From: Haliotis cracherodii
Lineage: Eukaryota
Direction of reading: 5' to 3'
NCBI RefSeq assembly: GCF_022045235.1
Contig: NW_027266341.1
Location: 28,582,001 to 28,646,000 of the forward strand
Length of the DNA: 64,000 bases
Part shown: positions 24,481-37,550 of the stretch, one piece after another
Position numbering within the stretch: position 1 is the stretch's first letter
How the letters are laid out: every line of letters begins with the position of its first letter
Position numbers and translations under genes: made by a program
Notes under the pieces: generated by a model
Database searches by the model: none
Told to the model about the DNA's origin: nothing
The model's input: the letters and a program-made list of their open reading frames with translations, nothing else

Positions 24481-26082
24481 ACCATAATTACACTTCGTCA
24501 ATTTCACACAAGACACAAACTACACATCCAGTCGGACATAGAACATAGACCTTAGACGATGAACCCTCATCTCCTCTTAATCAAATATATATAAAATAAT
24601 CGTCTATCTTAACTGCCGTAGTATATGTTTTTATTTTTTTATTTTTGATGCCGCCTTTATTACCGGATCGTTGTGTTAAGTCAGTGTTAATGACTCAATT
24701 TTCACTGCAACCCATAGCCCTTGGAACCCTGCGGCTAAGTCGTATCAGTCCCGTTTTCAAACCTGTCCAAGGATATCTATTGATCTGAAATAATGGCGTC
24801 AACAAAGTGTCTTATATATCGCTCGAGAAAAGAGCTAAGAGTAATATTTTATGACAGCCTTGAGACGATTGCTTCAGCGTGCATTGATCTAGGCGGGTTT
24901 ACTCAATTAACCCTGAATAACTGTCATTTGGATGAGTAGAACTAAACCTGGTGTAAAGCAAGCCATGCCATGAGTCAATAGCGTGATTATTGTCGGTACC
25001 TGCGCTGACGATGTCACGGCAACATTGTTGGGAAGGCGACGGGACTTCCGGTGAAGTTTTTGTCACGAAGACTCCCATTACAAAAACCATTGATTCAGAG
25101 CTAATGTCCAAAAACACCTTTCGATCACCTAGTACCATAACCTAGTACCTGATTCCGGTAAGACGTTTCAGGTCACTTGACTTCCCATTGGAACGTTGCT
25201 GTTTTTTCACTCCACAATTAAATGCAGGTGGTTGTTTAAATTAACAGTGTATCAAGATAACGACTGCGATCTCAAGAATTACACATTCAAACCTGTTCGT
25301 GTGTGTGTGTGTGTGTGTGTGTGAGGGGGGACGGGGGGGCATAGAGAGGAGACAGGGGCGGTCAAGGTTGTCTAGGGCGCCTCTATTCGCCCCAATTGCC
25401 TCTTACAGGAAGATATTATACCTCTATATCCTTTACAGCAAGATGGAACATCATCAGAGATCCTTTACAGCAATATATTCAACCTCTATACCCTTTACAG
25501 CAAGAATCAACTTTCCCAAAGATCCTTTACAAGGTGTTATTCAACCTCAATACCATTTACAGCATTAAAAAACAGACACTAGTCAATATGAATAGACTGA
25601 CACCTGTTTTCTTATTTCAACACATGGCTAATATTGAACAGTCCAAATGCTTGTATAGTTAAAACATGCATAGACAATATCACTGTTACTGAAACATTAG
25701 CTGAACAAGAAGTATATTTAGCTAGTCCACACCACCCACCCAGACAAGCACTGATACGGGGGCACAGGTGTAAATAGACCTCCCATACAGGTGTAAATTG
25801 ATGTGTAACTTTATTGGTGTTGGTCATGTGAATTGTGTTTGAGGCAAGGTCATAATAATATGCACTCAACATACAATAACCTTCGGGCACTCCTATACAT
25901 CGCCACATTCCCTGCTACTGAACATAGAGGTCCCACCTCACAAACCACAAAACAACATTCTCACACAACAAAACATTCTCACATTATAATATCCTCACAC
26001 AGCACTACAATATTACACAATATAATATCCTCACATAACATTATATCCTCAAACATAAAAGTCTCGCCCAACAGCCATCACT

Positions 26083-27255
26083 ACATAACATTGTCACACT
26101 GTACAATGTCCTCATTATACAAAGTCCTCACAACATTGTCACACTCTACAATATCCATGCTCAACATAACATTGTCACACTATACAATGTCCTCACTACA
26201 CAACATTTTCACACTATACAATGTCCTTACTCCAGATAACATTGTCACAATGTACAATTTCCTCACCACACAACATTGTCACACAATACAATGGCCTCAC
26301 TACACAACAATGGCCTCACTACATAACATTGTCACACTTGCAATATCCTTACTCCACATAACATTGTCACACGATACAATGTCCTCACTACATAACATTG
26401 TCACACTCTATAATATCCTTACTCCACACAACATTGTCACACGATACAATGTCCTCACTACATAACATTGTCAGTCTCTATAATATCCTTGCTCCACATA
26501 ACATTGTCACACGATACAATGTCCTCACTACATAACATTGTCACTCTCTATAATATCCTTACTCCACATAACATTGTCACACTATACAATGTCCTCCCTA
26601 CATAACATTGTCACACTCTATAATATCCTTACTCCACATAACATTGTCACACGATACAATGTCCTCCCTACATAACACTGTCACACTCTATAATATCCTT
26701 ACTCCACATAACATTGTCACACTGGACAATTTCCACATTCTACATAACATTGTCACACTGTACAATGTCCACACCCTACATAACATTGTCACACTGTACA
26801 ATGTCCTTACTCCACATAACATTGTCACACTGTACAATGTCCTCACTACATAACATTGTCACACTGTACAATGTCATCACTACATAACATTGTCACACTG
26901 TACAATGTCCTCACTACATAACATTGTCACACTGTACAATGTCCTCACTATATAACATTGTCACACTGTACAATGTCATCACTACATAACATTGTCACAC
27001 TGTACAATGTCCTCACGACAAAACATTGTCACACTGTACAATGTCCTCACTACATAACATTGTCACACTGTACAATGTCCTCACTACATAACATTGTCAC
27101 ACTGTACAATGTCCTCACGACAAAACATTGTCACACTGTACAATGTCCTCACTACATAACATTGTCACACTGTACAATGTCCTCACTACATAACATTGTC
27201 ACACTGCACAATGTCCTCATTACATAACATTGTCACACTGTACAATGTCCTCACA
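26083..27255. repeat. Minisatellite, 34-35-bp unit ACATAACATTGTCACACTGTACAATGTCCTCACT
   Basis: Direct inspection; alternating dimer pattern at ~26340-26720. Confidence 0.95.
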
Positions 27256-27429
27256 CTACACCTCATCACATCAAATGACATGGGTCTATGTACATATTAT
27301 CAAACACTGGCTTGTCTGGTCCATACTCAATTTCTTAATGGCTGCAGACTTATAGCTGGAATTTGCAAAGTACAGCTTCAAACAAAGAATATCATCACAC
27401 ATCACAATTCCATCACTTGAGGGTGTCAA

Positions 27430-27725
27430 CACACAACACAATGTCATAACAGCCCCACAACATTCTCGCACAACATCACATCATCACACAACACAATGTC
27501 ATAACAGCCCCACAACATTCTCGCACAACATCACACACTGTCATCACACAACACAATGTCATAACAGCCCCACAACATTCTCGCACAACATCACATCATC
27601 ACACAACACAATGTCATAACAGCCCCACAACATTCTCGCACAACATCACATCATCACACAACACAATGTCATAACAGCCCCACAACATTCTCGCACATCA
27701 TCACACACTGTCATCACACAACATC
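27430..27725. repeat. Tandem repeat, 55/60-bp unit, 5 copies
   Basis: ATGTCATAACAGCCCC recurs at 27441, 27496, 27556, 27611 and 27666. Confidence 0.9.
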
Positions 27726-28149
27726 CTCACATGAGCACACAACATGTCATCCCAACCCCATTTCATAATATCCACTCTATATACAGCCTACACCCTTCAA
27801 AACATCCAAACACCTCAGCAACTATGAACACACTTCACACTGCAAACCACGATTTCAACACACTTAACGCTGCAAACCACGATTCCAACACACTTAACAA
27901 TAACCATGGGTCACTACAACTTATGCTGATGTCCAGATAACGTAGATATGTACAGAGTAAAGTTTCATTAGGGTTTTCCTATGTACTGTGGCAAATAGAC
28001 CAGATGGTCAGCTGAGTGAGATCACCGTGACATTTAAGTCCATGTAGGTGGGTTATTATCATTAATGAATCATTAAAAATCGGTTGCAGTAAACGGCAAG
28101 TCTAGCACAGGACATATTCCAACAGTGTCAAACTGTTAGCATTGATACC

Positions 28150-28378
28150 GACCCGTGAAGATCCAGGGGTAGAATAAGTCTTCACAAACCCATGCTTGCC
28201 ATAAGGGGCGACTAACGTGATCGGGTGTTCAGGCTCGCTGATTTGGTTGATGCATGTCATCGTATCCCTTATGCGTGGATCGATGCTCATGTCAATCATT
28301 GGATTGTCTGACCCAGATTTCATTATATACAGACCACAGTCATATAACTGAGTGTGGCGTTAAACAACAAACAAACAA
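28150..28378 (+). mobile_element. Family A short retroposon, full length
   Basis: Starts GACCCGTGAAG. 12-bp TSD AGCATTGATACC (28138-28149)/AGCATTAATACC (28379-28390). Confidence 0.9.
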
Positions 28379-28819
28379 AGCATTAATACCATCCATGATA
28401 ATCCGTCATTATCCTCTTAATACATAACAGACTCCTCATAAATCAAACTTAATCCATCAAGGCATCCCTCCACAAAGAGGTTAAGGCTACAATCCTATGT
28501 CTATGTTGAAGAAGGGAGTTAGATCACCTTAGCGCTAAGATCGTTTTATGGGAAGGTGCAAGGTCAACAATTCAATGATAAGGGCGATTGCTTAGTTTGT
28601 AAGCCTGTCTCCACTGCTGGGCACTTACAGATCTCTTGTCACATTCAGGAAGTGACTGCAAACTCTGAAAGGTCACTGGAGTATTATGAAGACCTGTATG
28701 AAGTCTATAAACAACAAACACCTCATCACTAACATTCACCGATACGAGAGTCTGGGCGGAACCCTATTGACAAAGTAAATATCGTATATACACCTTTTGA
28801 AATCGGTCGCATTGCAAGC

Positions 28820-29078
28820 TGGGAAAGGCTGAGACAGAAACTTGTCCGTGGGATGATCGTCCACAATCTAAGGGGCTGGGAACAACGGGCAATAACTACC
28901 ACCCCGGACCGCCTAATAATGGCAGCCTCAGCCCCCAGTGTGGCCAATCACGGGTATAAGTATTATGTACAGTGCATTGAGCAAGCGATTTTCCCAGCCT
29001 AGTTGAGTCAGAGCAGTCGACATTCAGCGTAATATCTTTGTTGTTTATGTGTAGCCGCTCGCTCGGCTAGCGTGGGAA
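28820..29078. promoter_or_regulatory. Cluster of CSL/Su(H)-type sites in MAML intron 1
   Basis: Perfect CGTGGGAA at 29071-29078, TGGGAA cores at 28820 and 28877, TTCCCA at 28991, near-match CGTGGGAT at 28847. Confidence 0.4.
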
Positions 29079-29422
29079 TGCGTCGAGCTAGTCTCACTAC
29101 ACCGATCTCACTCGTCAGTGATTTTACGGTGAGCGCTCAAACTTTGAAACGGGCATGGGAAGGTCGAGGCGGGCACATCGGATGAAAATGTAAATAAACG
29201 CGCATGGATACAGGTTAGCACAGGACCGATCTAATGTACACAGTCGAGACTCGACACACATTATTTTGGTGGTATGCTTGCTGGCGTGAGGACCGGAGAT
29301 GGGGGGGAGGTGGGGAGCGCAGGTTGTTTTCACCCTCCCACTGGCATGCCCCCATGTACCGCACAGCGTCCACTTTACCTACAGGAGTACAGCTACTGCC
29401 TTCCGGTAAAAACAAAACTTAC

Positions 29423-29680
29423 CGTCACTACAAGGTTGCGGTGGTCCCCTTGAGTGGAGCTGTCTTGTTTGACTTTGGATTGTTTCGCTGCCTTCTTGGC
29501 CTTACTTTCCAACCAGCGGTGGTGCAAGAGTTGTGTTTGCTGGCGATGTTCCTCATAAAGTCCGGAGTATCCCTCGTTGAAACGCCGGTGTCGCCCCAGC
29601 TGGTGTTGCCGATAGTGTTCTAGACGCCTACGGAGACGATCTACGACATCTCGTCTTTTGGGGGCCGAGTAATCCCCCAT
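29423..29680 (-). CDS. MAML: Mastermind-like Notch co-activator, coding exon 1 (86 codons; N-terminal basic MamL-1 helix that binds CSL-NICD)
   Basis: MGDYSAPKRRDVVDRLRRRLEHYRQHQ...QTQLLHHRWLESKAKKAAK matches the Mastermind motif (V..RLRRR.E..R.H ... T..L..R....KAK+A.K). ATG in strong context (GGC ATG G). Ends at consensus donor ACG|GTAAGT (plus strand acttac 29417-29422), phase 0. Confidence 0.95.
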
Positions 29681-30199
29681 GCCTCCCTGTGACTGCTCAG
29701 TGGGGTAGTCGCGGCCAGTCTGACGGGCGCAGGATCACTAGTTAAACTCGGTCGATCCCAGTGAACAGGACAATGGAAGTCACGACATGAACGCCGAGTC
29801 CTCTCCCCTGCCCTCATATACTCCTGGTCCTTTGGGGAGGGGGTAGTGCACAGTGTCACCACTGTCAGAGTCTCACAGCACAGCTCGGGTAGACTGGTGT
29901 CCCACATACAACTCACAACAACATTGAAGCCTCGATACAATGCTTACACTAAGCAGAATGATATTTCACGACACGCTTACTGATGCGGGGCGAGTCCAAG
30001 TGAGTGGTGAGGGGTGATAGGTTGTTGGGAGTTCCTGACTCCACTGCAGTTGTTCTATCAGATTTCTCAGAGCAAATCTCGGGTCGCTCTGATCAAATTT
30101 ATTCTGTTCAGTCAGTGATCGCGTGTTGACTTCAACTCCAGTGTGTTTTCACTCCTATGGGGCTGTGAAAATATCCCTGAAGACGCGGATTTCGTGTTA

Positions 30200-30640
30200 C
30201 AACCTCGACAAAGTGGTAATTGGGCCAAGCCTATCATGGCTTGATAACTGACTAAGCTATTCTCAGGGTAGGATGTCGATGTAATGTCACAGAAGAATAG
30301 GTTGCCTGAGGGGCCATATCGGCAAGTTAGGCCGCACAGTAACGGGGGGAGGGGTGATGGGTAACAGGAAGAGGTGCATGTAACGGGGGAGGGCCAATAG
30401 CAAACTGTTGTCTCTGTCACCTCGGTCGAGATGAGACTCGAGCATGCGCGAGCGTCACTCACGAGCTTGGCTTGTACGCGCCAAAATCCACTAGACACTG
30501 CGGCCGGTGAGCAGACGACGGTAATAGCAGACGATACGGGGATTTAAATTTAATGATTACCTTTCAAATTGAGGCCACGCAGTGCAAACGCTCGTGAAAC
30601 ACATCTGAACTGCAGCCATTACACGCCCAATAAGTTTTAC
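30200..30640 (-). promoter_or_regulatory. Putative MAML proximal promoter
   Basis: GC-richer island upstream of the ATG with Sp/KLF-like GGGGGAGGGG (~30344, ~30385), CCAAT boxes (~30393, ~30626), ETS CAGGAAG (~30365) and NRF1-like GCATGCGC (~30442). TSS not determinable. Confidence 0.5.
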
Positions 30641-31771
30641 TGGTTTTTACTTAAATGGTACACGTGTATTTTGGTCAGATAAACACCTTCCTGTTATCTA
30701 CAATGTCGATCTTTAAAAACATAATTTGTGTTTCCCAACTTGAAAGATTTAGTGCCTCATCATTGCTCGACCCTTAAACACTTTCAGAATAAATTGTTAA
30801 GAACATAACCTTCAATCAACCCTAAATCCTAATTCTGCTGAAGAAAATCGCCATTTCTGTTGCGCTTACAGATTAGGCTAGGCAATTCAATTTGGGTCAC
30901 GGCTTATAAAGAAAATGATAGTTGCATCCAACTCACAAATAACCCTTGCCCCCGGCAATGAACATGACAATACAGTCGAGATTAACCATTGTTAAAGTGA
31001 GTGTATTTAATTACATCAATCCATCTTTAGTCACAGCTAGTGTCGCTGTATACATACGCAGAGTACAGGATAGGGAGGCTTTTAGTATGTGTTAACTGCA
31101 AAGTGCTTTTGAAAAGGGGAAATCCAAGACAATGTTTTTACACTCATCGTAGAGTGTATTTCTAATGATCTATGTTTATTAACAATTTTAAGCCACCCCA
31201 ACACCTGGCAATTTTACGTTTTTTGCAAAACCTGACAAAACAAATTTCAGCTTACAGCTTGTGTACAGCTGCAATCATGCTGGTGCGGCATAAAGCACTA
31301 TTCACTCACGTTTCGTCATCTTCCTAACGCAGCTCATATCCCCTCCATGTCCCCACGAGAGTCTCTCACAAAAGAGTAACTTTCAGTTTCTGGCCGGTTT
31401 CATATCTTATTGTTGACACGGAAAATATACACTTTTAAATGGCTACTGCATTTCATCTTTGTTTCCTCAAATAAACTGATCATTAAAAAAAAACAGAATA
31501 TGATTGTCTTCTTTGACAGGTGGCTAGCGGTCCTAAACATCTGTGGTCATCTGTGCATCGACACAGTGACGGGTTTATCCGTGATTAATGTACTTAAGTA
31601 TAAGCAATGATTCAAGCTCGGTGACCATTCAGCCATAGTTACACAGTGGCCACCCAGTGAGCACTGTAGCAAGGGATACAGGAAGACTCATATCAATCTT
31701 ACACTGGAATATTACACTGTTTGATAGACATTACTTAAAAGGTGACGGATGCCAAAGTACACAAATGTATT

Positions 31772-31809
31772 GATAACAACTTCTTTATTATAATAAAGAA
31801 GTTGTTATC
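31772..31809. repeat. Perfect 38-bp palindrome with imperfect arms to ~31752-31828
   Basis: GATAACAACTTCTTTATTA|TAATAAAGAAGTTGTTATC. Confidence 0.9.
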
Positions 31810-32270
31810 CATAACTTGTGTCTCTGGAAAAAAATAATCTGCAATATTCCGAGTTTATTACCCGCTTCTTCCTCATAATCAAATTCTGTGCAAACGTCTC
31901 TAGATCTTATTCCTGACGACCTTCGACCAAATGTCTAGCGGGTGTTTAACCTGAAAGAAATATATCCCTAACAACAGAAAACAGTTTGAATTGGCTTCTG
32001 TCTACCTAAACTATTGCTAAAAGCGCAAAGTGTGTGGCGCGTACAAATAATACTAGTTTATGAGCAAGCGACCTTTTTACGGCAGATCGGGTTTTGTAAA
32101 ATAGCTCGCTATTTCCATTCACGTTTAGTATATTTGTATCCGTTACACTTCTACAGAAACAGCATGCAAAACGTTAGAAACGTGTTTTTGCATTTAATAC
32201 AATAACTTTATCAAATGCAGGTTTTAAATTTTATAAGTCAACATTGGCGAGTGCGAAAACGTCCGTTGAA

Positions 32271-32305
<35 letters not shown>

Positions 32306-32824
32306 CGTGTCGAGGTAACGTTACAGTGGCTCAGAAGCCAATTATAAAGTGTTCCAACATTAAACAACCTGACATACATGACACCACTGGATGATGCATG
32401 GATGGATGGGGAATATTTATCATCAAGTTAGTTAGTCGGAATTAGAATCCAGAATTCCAGCGCTTTCTCGTTCAATATCGGCACGTACTGGATGCTAACT
32501 AGAAGAACGAACGAATGAAAAGTCGTATCTGCGACCAATGAAAGCCGTGTTATTCATGGGAAAAGCTGTAATACCCCAAAGCATTACAGAACATTGAATA
32601 CCCTCTATCAAGCTTCCCTTATGGGCAAGAAAGTGATCGTGACAGAAACTGTAAGATAGAACACATCTGAAAGTGATATGGAAGAATATGGGTAACATAT
32701 TGAGGTTTGACAGAATTTTCAGCAATGTTCCATTAGGTTGGGGTACATGAGGTTCAACGTAGCTTCTATATTAACGTGAGTGAGTGAGCTGAGTTGAACA
32801 GGACCATAGTGAGTGTGAGTTAGT

Positions 32825-33079
32825 TGTTTGTTTTTTAACACCGCACTCAGTAATATTCCAGCTGTATGACAGCGGTCTGTAAATAATCGATTCTGGACCA
32901 GACAATCCAGTGGTTGACATCATGAACATCGATCCGCGCAATTGGAATACGATGACATGCATCAACCAAGTCAGCGAGCCTGACCACCCGACACGGTGCC
33001 GCCTCTTGCGACAAGCAGAGTCGCTTTTTACGGCAAGCATGGGTTGCTGATGACCTTTTTTACCCGGATATTCACGGGT
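32825..33079 (-). mobile_element. Family A short retroposon
   Basis: Reverse complement, head to tail. Confidence 0.88.
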
Positions 33080-34140
33080 GAAAGTGATTTGGTAAAATTA
33101 TCCCCCATGCATATAACTAGCACGTATGGACACTGGTGTCAAGGTTTGTGAGTTACACGAGGGGACTGGACGGACATAGCCTGAACCAAAGTCTAGCCAT
33201 TATAAGGAGCACCATGGAGAACTCCCCACTTACCCCACACCCGCTGTGACGTAATGCATTTATACTTTGACCAACCAATGAAATGACGAACAGGAAGTCG
33301 ACATTAGCCACTAAGAACACAGCTTTCTTGAGCTTTGCGGCACTAGTTTCAAACTGGCGATTTCCATTCCAGACAATGCTTTCAAAAGTATTTTGAATCA
33401 GTCAGCAGTAGGTTTGGGTTAAGCTTTGAAGGATGCATGTTCAGCAAACAATGTAACATTACAATATATTTATTTTTTACAACATGTTTGTATCGTTATA
33501 TATCGTGTAGTTGTCCGATTTTCGATCACGAACCTTGCCACTACTTAATTTCGATTATCCGACATACTCCAGGGGTGTTATAAACAAAACACTAGACGGT
33601 TCTTGGCCAGGTAACCAACTTGAACAAAGACCATGATATGTTTACTTAAGGCATAGGGAAAGTTGAAAAATAGGAATGTGGAAAGAACGAACTATGCACC
33701 GGTTACATTATTTTTTATCTAAGAAAACCATAATAAAACATAAATTTTAATACATTTTACAATTGCAGTACACAGTTCATACATAGTGCATACACAGTTA
33801 CAAGTCATAACAAGACACACACACCCTGTTTATTTGTTATAATTATGCATGCATGTGGCACCAGCTGGTATTGGCGTGGGGGTACGGCATCGACATGGGG
33901 GTGACTAGATATACTGGGTGTAACGTCCCATATGAAACAAAGTATCGTTTCGAGGAAGACTGAATTGTACCGGTCTGGCGACATGAATCACATCACGGTA
34001 ATAAAACCAATAACAGATCTTAACTTTAAGTTCAAGCACAATCGTCACCTAAACAGACTCAATTATCAGGGTACATTGTTTTGTCACACAAATAGAAGAT
34101 TTGGTGCTGCGAGGAATGCAATGAATACCAACTTAAGCCA

Positions 34141-34240
34141 GGGCCCCGTTCCACAAAGCGATGTTAGGGCTAAGACGGTCGTAACTCGTTAACACAGGCT
34201 GACCCAAATCATAGCGCTAAGATCACTTTGGGGGAGGGGC
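34141..34240. mobile_element. Small palindromic MITE-like element
   Basis: GGGCCCCGTTCCACAAAGCGAT...TAGCGCTAAGATCACTTTG...GGGGC. A degenerate relative lies at ~28465-28560. Confidence 0.55.
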
Positions 34241-35171
34241 AAGCAGAAGGACACACGTCATTAATCAACGAGGGTCTTCGTTTCAAAATCAACTATTTCA
34301 ATGATAAACACGGCTATGTCTGGCCAATATTTTCATATTTAATTGGAACAAATACGGTATTTGATTGTTAGAGACAACTATTTCAACCGCGGAAGGATGT
34401 TTTATTAAAAAAAAGATGGGGTCGTATTTGAGATGCATGCATTTGCAAGATGGTTGTAAATAATCTGCAAAGTAAGTGGTTGTGTTTATTTACATTACCG
34501 AATTTACAAGTTCCTTTGTCGTAATGCTTGTACACCTATTACTTACCCGGTCAGCCTTAGCACGTCTACACGGTTGTGTGCATTTAGATTGTAAGTGTCC
34601 CACACCCACCCACGCCCCTACCCGCCCTCTGTATCCGCGTATAGTGTCTGAGAGACTTAAGCTTCAATAACGTTTTCCTCCTGGTGGCAGTTATTGTACC
34701 CAAGAAGCCCACATCCCGAGCATGGCTTTGTAATTACTAATCTTATAGTCATACACAAATTATGGCCAGCAAACACCATTTTGTCGCGTGGCACGTGCAA
34801 TCAATAGCGCAGCTATTGATGCATGTCAATCATGTGTAGTTTGTCATCTCACGTGAAGACAACGCGAGCTATCTGTCACCACACGAAGATAAATCTCCCT
34901 TTCCTGCCAACCAACAAAGCGCTAACTAACCAGGCCAAAACTCAACAATCAATGGTCAAGAATGACCGCGTTGTTAGCCGTGTCCACTCCAACACGTGAC
35001 CCGTGATTAAGGGCTTCGGCGATAGGGGGACCTTCTCAAAGAACGGTTCGGTGTTTTCTGTAATAAAGCAAATATTTAGTTACGAAAGTGTGATATGTGT
35101 GCGTATCAAGACGATTGTCAAACCAAATTTTAATGTAATTTTACAATAGAAATTTTCTATGGAGGCTACAC

Positions 35172-35204
<33 letters not shown>

Positions 35205-35500
35205 ACAGCAGCAGCCGATTTTATAGAGCTGTAGCCCACTGAGATACCAAGCCGCAGTTTATCATGAATACCCCACTCAAACACAGTATACTGACTCCGA
35301 ACTGACCAGTCCTTGTTTTAGCCCCTAATACCGAGCGCAAGTACCATCTTTTAACGTATAAACCACGGAGGCGGTCCTGACTGCAGTCGAAATCATTAAT
35401 ATACATATTAATGACGTAAATAACATATTTCATATTTTTCAAAAAAAATTGCCAATCTACCTATCACTATATAGAATATTACACAGCGCTGAGTGATACA

Positions 35501-35663
35501 GGGGCGGTCGGGTAGCCTGGTGGTTAAAGCGTTCGCTCTTCACGCCGAAGACCCAGGTTCGATTCCCGACATGGGTACAATGTGTGAAGCCCATTTCTGG
35601 TGTCCCCCCCGCCCTGATATTGCTGGGATATTGATAAAAGCGGCATAAAACCATACTCACTCA
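35501..35663 (+). mobile_element. Family B tRNA-derived SINE, full length
   Basis: A and B boxes, tail, perfect 12-bp TSD CTGAGTGATACA (35489-35500, 35664-35675). Confidence 0.92.
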
Positions 35664-37334
35664 CTGAGTGATACAACAGCTTTTTCTGCCCACGTAATGA
35701 ACAATGATGTGAGATAACAACACATCTCATAAAATCGTTAGACAGAATAACGAAGCAGAAGTATTGAGACGGTCCCCGAATCTCGTGCTGGGGGCTACTA
35801 CGCACACGCGACGTAGTATAAAGGTCTTCGGCCACTGGACAACGGTCAGTATGACGTTAACAATAGAACGAGAAATAGAATGAGCGTCTACAGCGCCCGG
35901 ACAACAATATGGCTGTGATTTGGCGGGCATCAGCACCTGGAGGAAGTGACCAGTGGTCAGTGTGGCGTCTGTTGAGGTTGGGCTCCGGGACCTATCTGTT
36001 TGCATGCCCAGTCTCTGTTGTCAGGTGGAGACTGTCAGCCAGCCAGCCAACTCGCAGATTAGTGTCGAAAAAGGAAAGCAACTGTCAGCACCGGATTACT
36101 CCGCAGATCATAGCATATGTTGACATTTGACTGGGGTTCCATTGCCGCTTGTCATCTGGAGCTTTGTGGAAAAGAGGGAACGAATTAACTCGAAAAATGC
36201 CAGATATTTTTAATATATGAAATTTGTAAATTGAAAAACTAAATTTACGATATTGTTAACTGTAAGTACCCCATCTGTTCATAAACGTTGATTAAGTCAT
36301 TGTTAAAGAAAGTTAGGCTAATGTTATCTAAAGTGATAACTATATAATTTTATGTACCGATTTCAGGAATTCTGAAAGGAATGTCTTTGCAACGGAATTT
36401 TGCACCATACGGCAAAAAGTTGCTGTAATTATTTTTAAGACGACCAGTTATCACCAGTGCTACATTTCGATTTCGTTGTTTTCATCAAAATGACAAATGT
36501 ATTTGTTTATTAAGACTATAACTCACACTGCCATGATCACCGATCATTGTATTGTACACGTTTTGGTCCAAACTATTGCCCAGCTTCATCGATCCTGCAC
36601 GAGTGTTAAACACGGACGTTCGTTCATATGCTGACTGCCGCCCAGCCAAGTCCGTGATCGGCCAGTAGTGTGAGCCTTCTTCGTCACGACAATGTCGTCC
36701 CTGAAGGAAGCGGAGTAAAATCATCACCGAAGTTTTAAACTTTTCCCAGCCTGGCGTAGACGATATACAATTTCCGCGAGAGCTCTTCCGAGTTTCACGA
36801 CCAGCACAACTGCCAGTGAACGTGCAGTTAACTATACCGTAGATTGCAACATGTCTTCTAACCAGCAAGACAAATAATAAAAAGGATCTCTCAAGTGAAC
36901 AATTTCAAGATTAGCTGAAATAAGGCATCTGTAAAATTCACATATTTAACGCTTAACTCCTACTATTTATTACCTTTTGTAAAACTTAAATGCATTGGGT
37001 AACATCGACTGATCATAAATGTAATCCGACACCTGAAATTCGTATTCAAGAACTGATTAGGAGAATACCCAATGAGGAACCCAGTTTAAAAAAGCTACCC
37101 AGCAACCTATGCCCAAACTCACTTCCAAAATCATATTCCAGTTTGATGGCAAATTGGTTCTGATGTTGTCCTGGACAGAGAGCAAGAAAGAAAGAAAAAA
37201 AAGCCTCCTTCTTTCCACATGTTAATATTGAATTTATTGAGTTCAGCATTGCCATACATATTTAAGTTAATAAAATATTTAAGTAATACGACACAATTAT
37301 AATGCCTATTGTCATTGTGCGAGACCTAACCATA

Positions 37335-37550
37335 TCCTGGTTTGAATTGGCCACCAGTAACATGCTTGTTGTAAGAGGCGACTAAATGGATCGGGTGGTC
37401 AGACTCTGTGATTGGTTAATTGGGTGTTATAGTACTCCCAACGGCTGGGGGTTTGTTCATGATATCAACCACTGGTTTGTCTGGTACAGACTCAATGATT
37501 TAAAGGCTGAGGTATAGCACGAATATTGCTGAGTAGGCGTTAAACAACAA
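37335..37550 (+). mobile_element. Family A short retroposon, diverged
   Basis: CATGCTTGTTGTAAGAGGCGACTAA...GTCTGGTACAGACTC...GAATATTGCTGAGTAGGCGTTAAACAAC. Confidence 0.75.

Larger units (their letters stand above)
15167..29422 (-). other. MAML intron 1 (14,256 bp, GT-AG, phase 0)
   Basis: Canonical donor and acceptor with compatible phase. No intervening coding exon recognised, though a small one cannot be excluded. Confidence 0.85.

Noticed and set aside
29393-29422. C-terminal VSFVFTGRQ of the 95-aa ORF
   Set aside because: Read-through past the GTAAGT donor.
35501-35575. tRNA genes (Asp-like here, Leu-like at 53769)
   Set aside because: These are SINE heads: degenerate cloverleaf, attached body and tail, TSDs and multiple copies.
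36160-37300. Possible DNA transposon or exon remnants (also 40640-41300, 43390-43740, 52560-53300)
   Set aside because: No recognisable protein motif, TIR pair or second copy in the window; cannot be supported without a database search.
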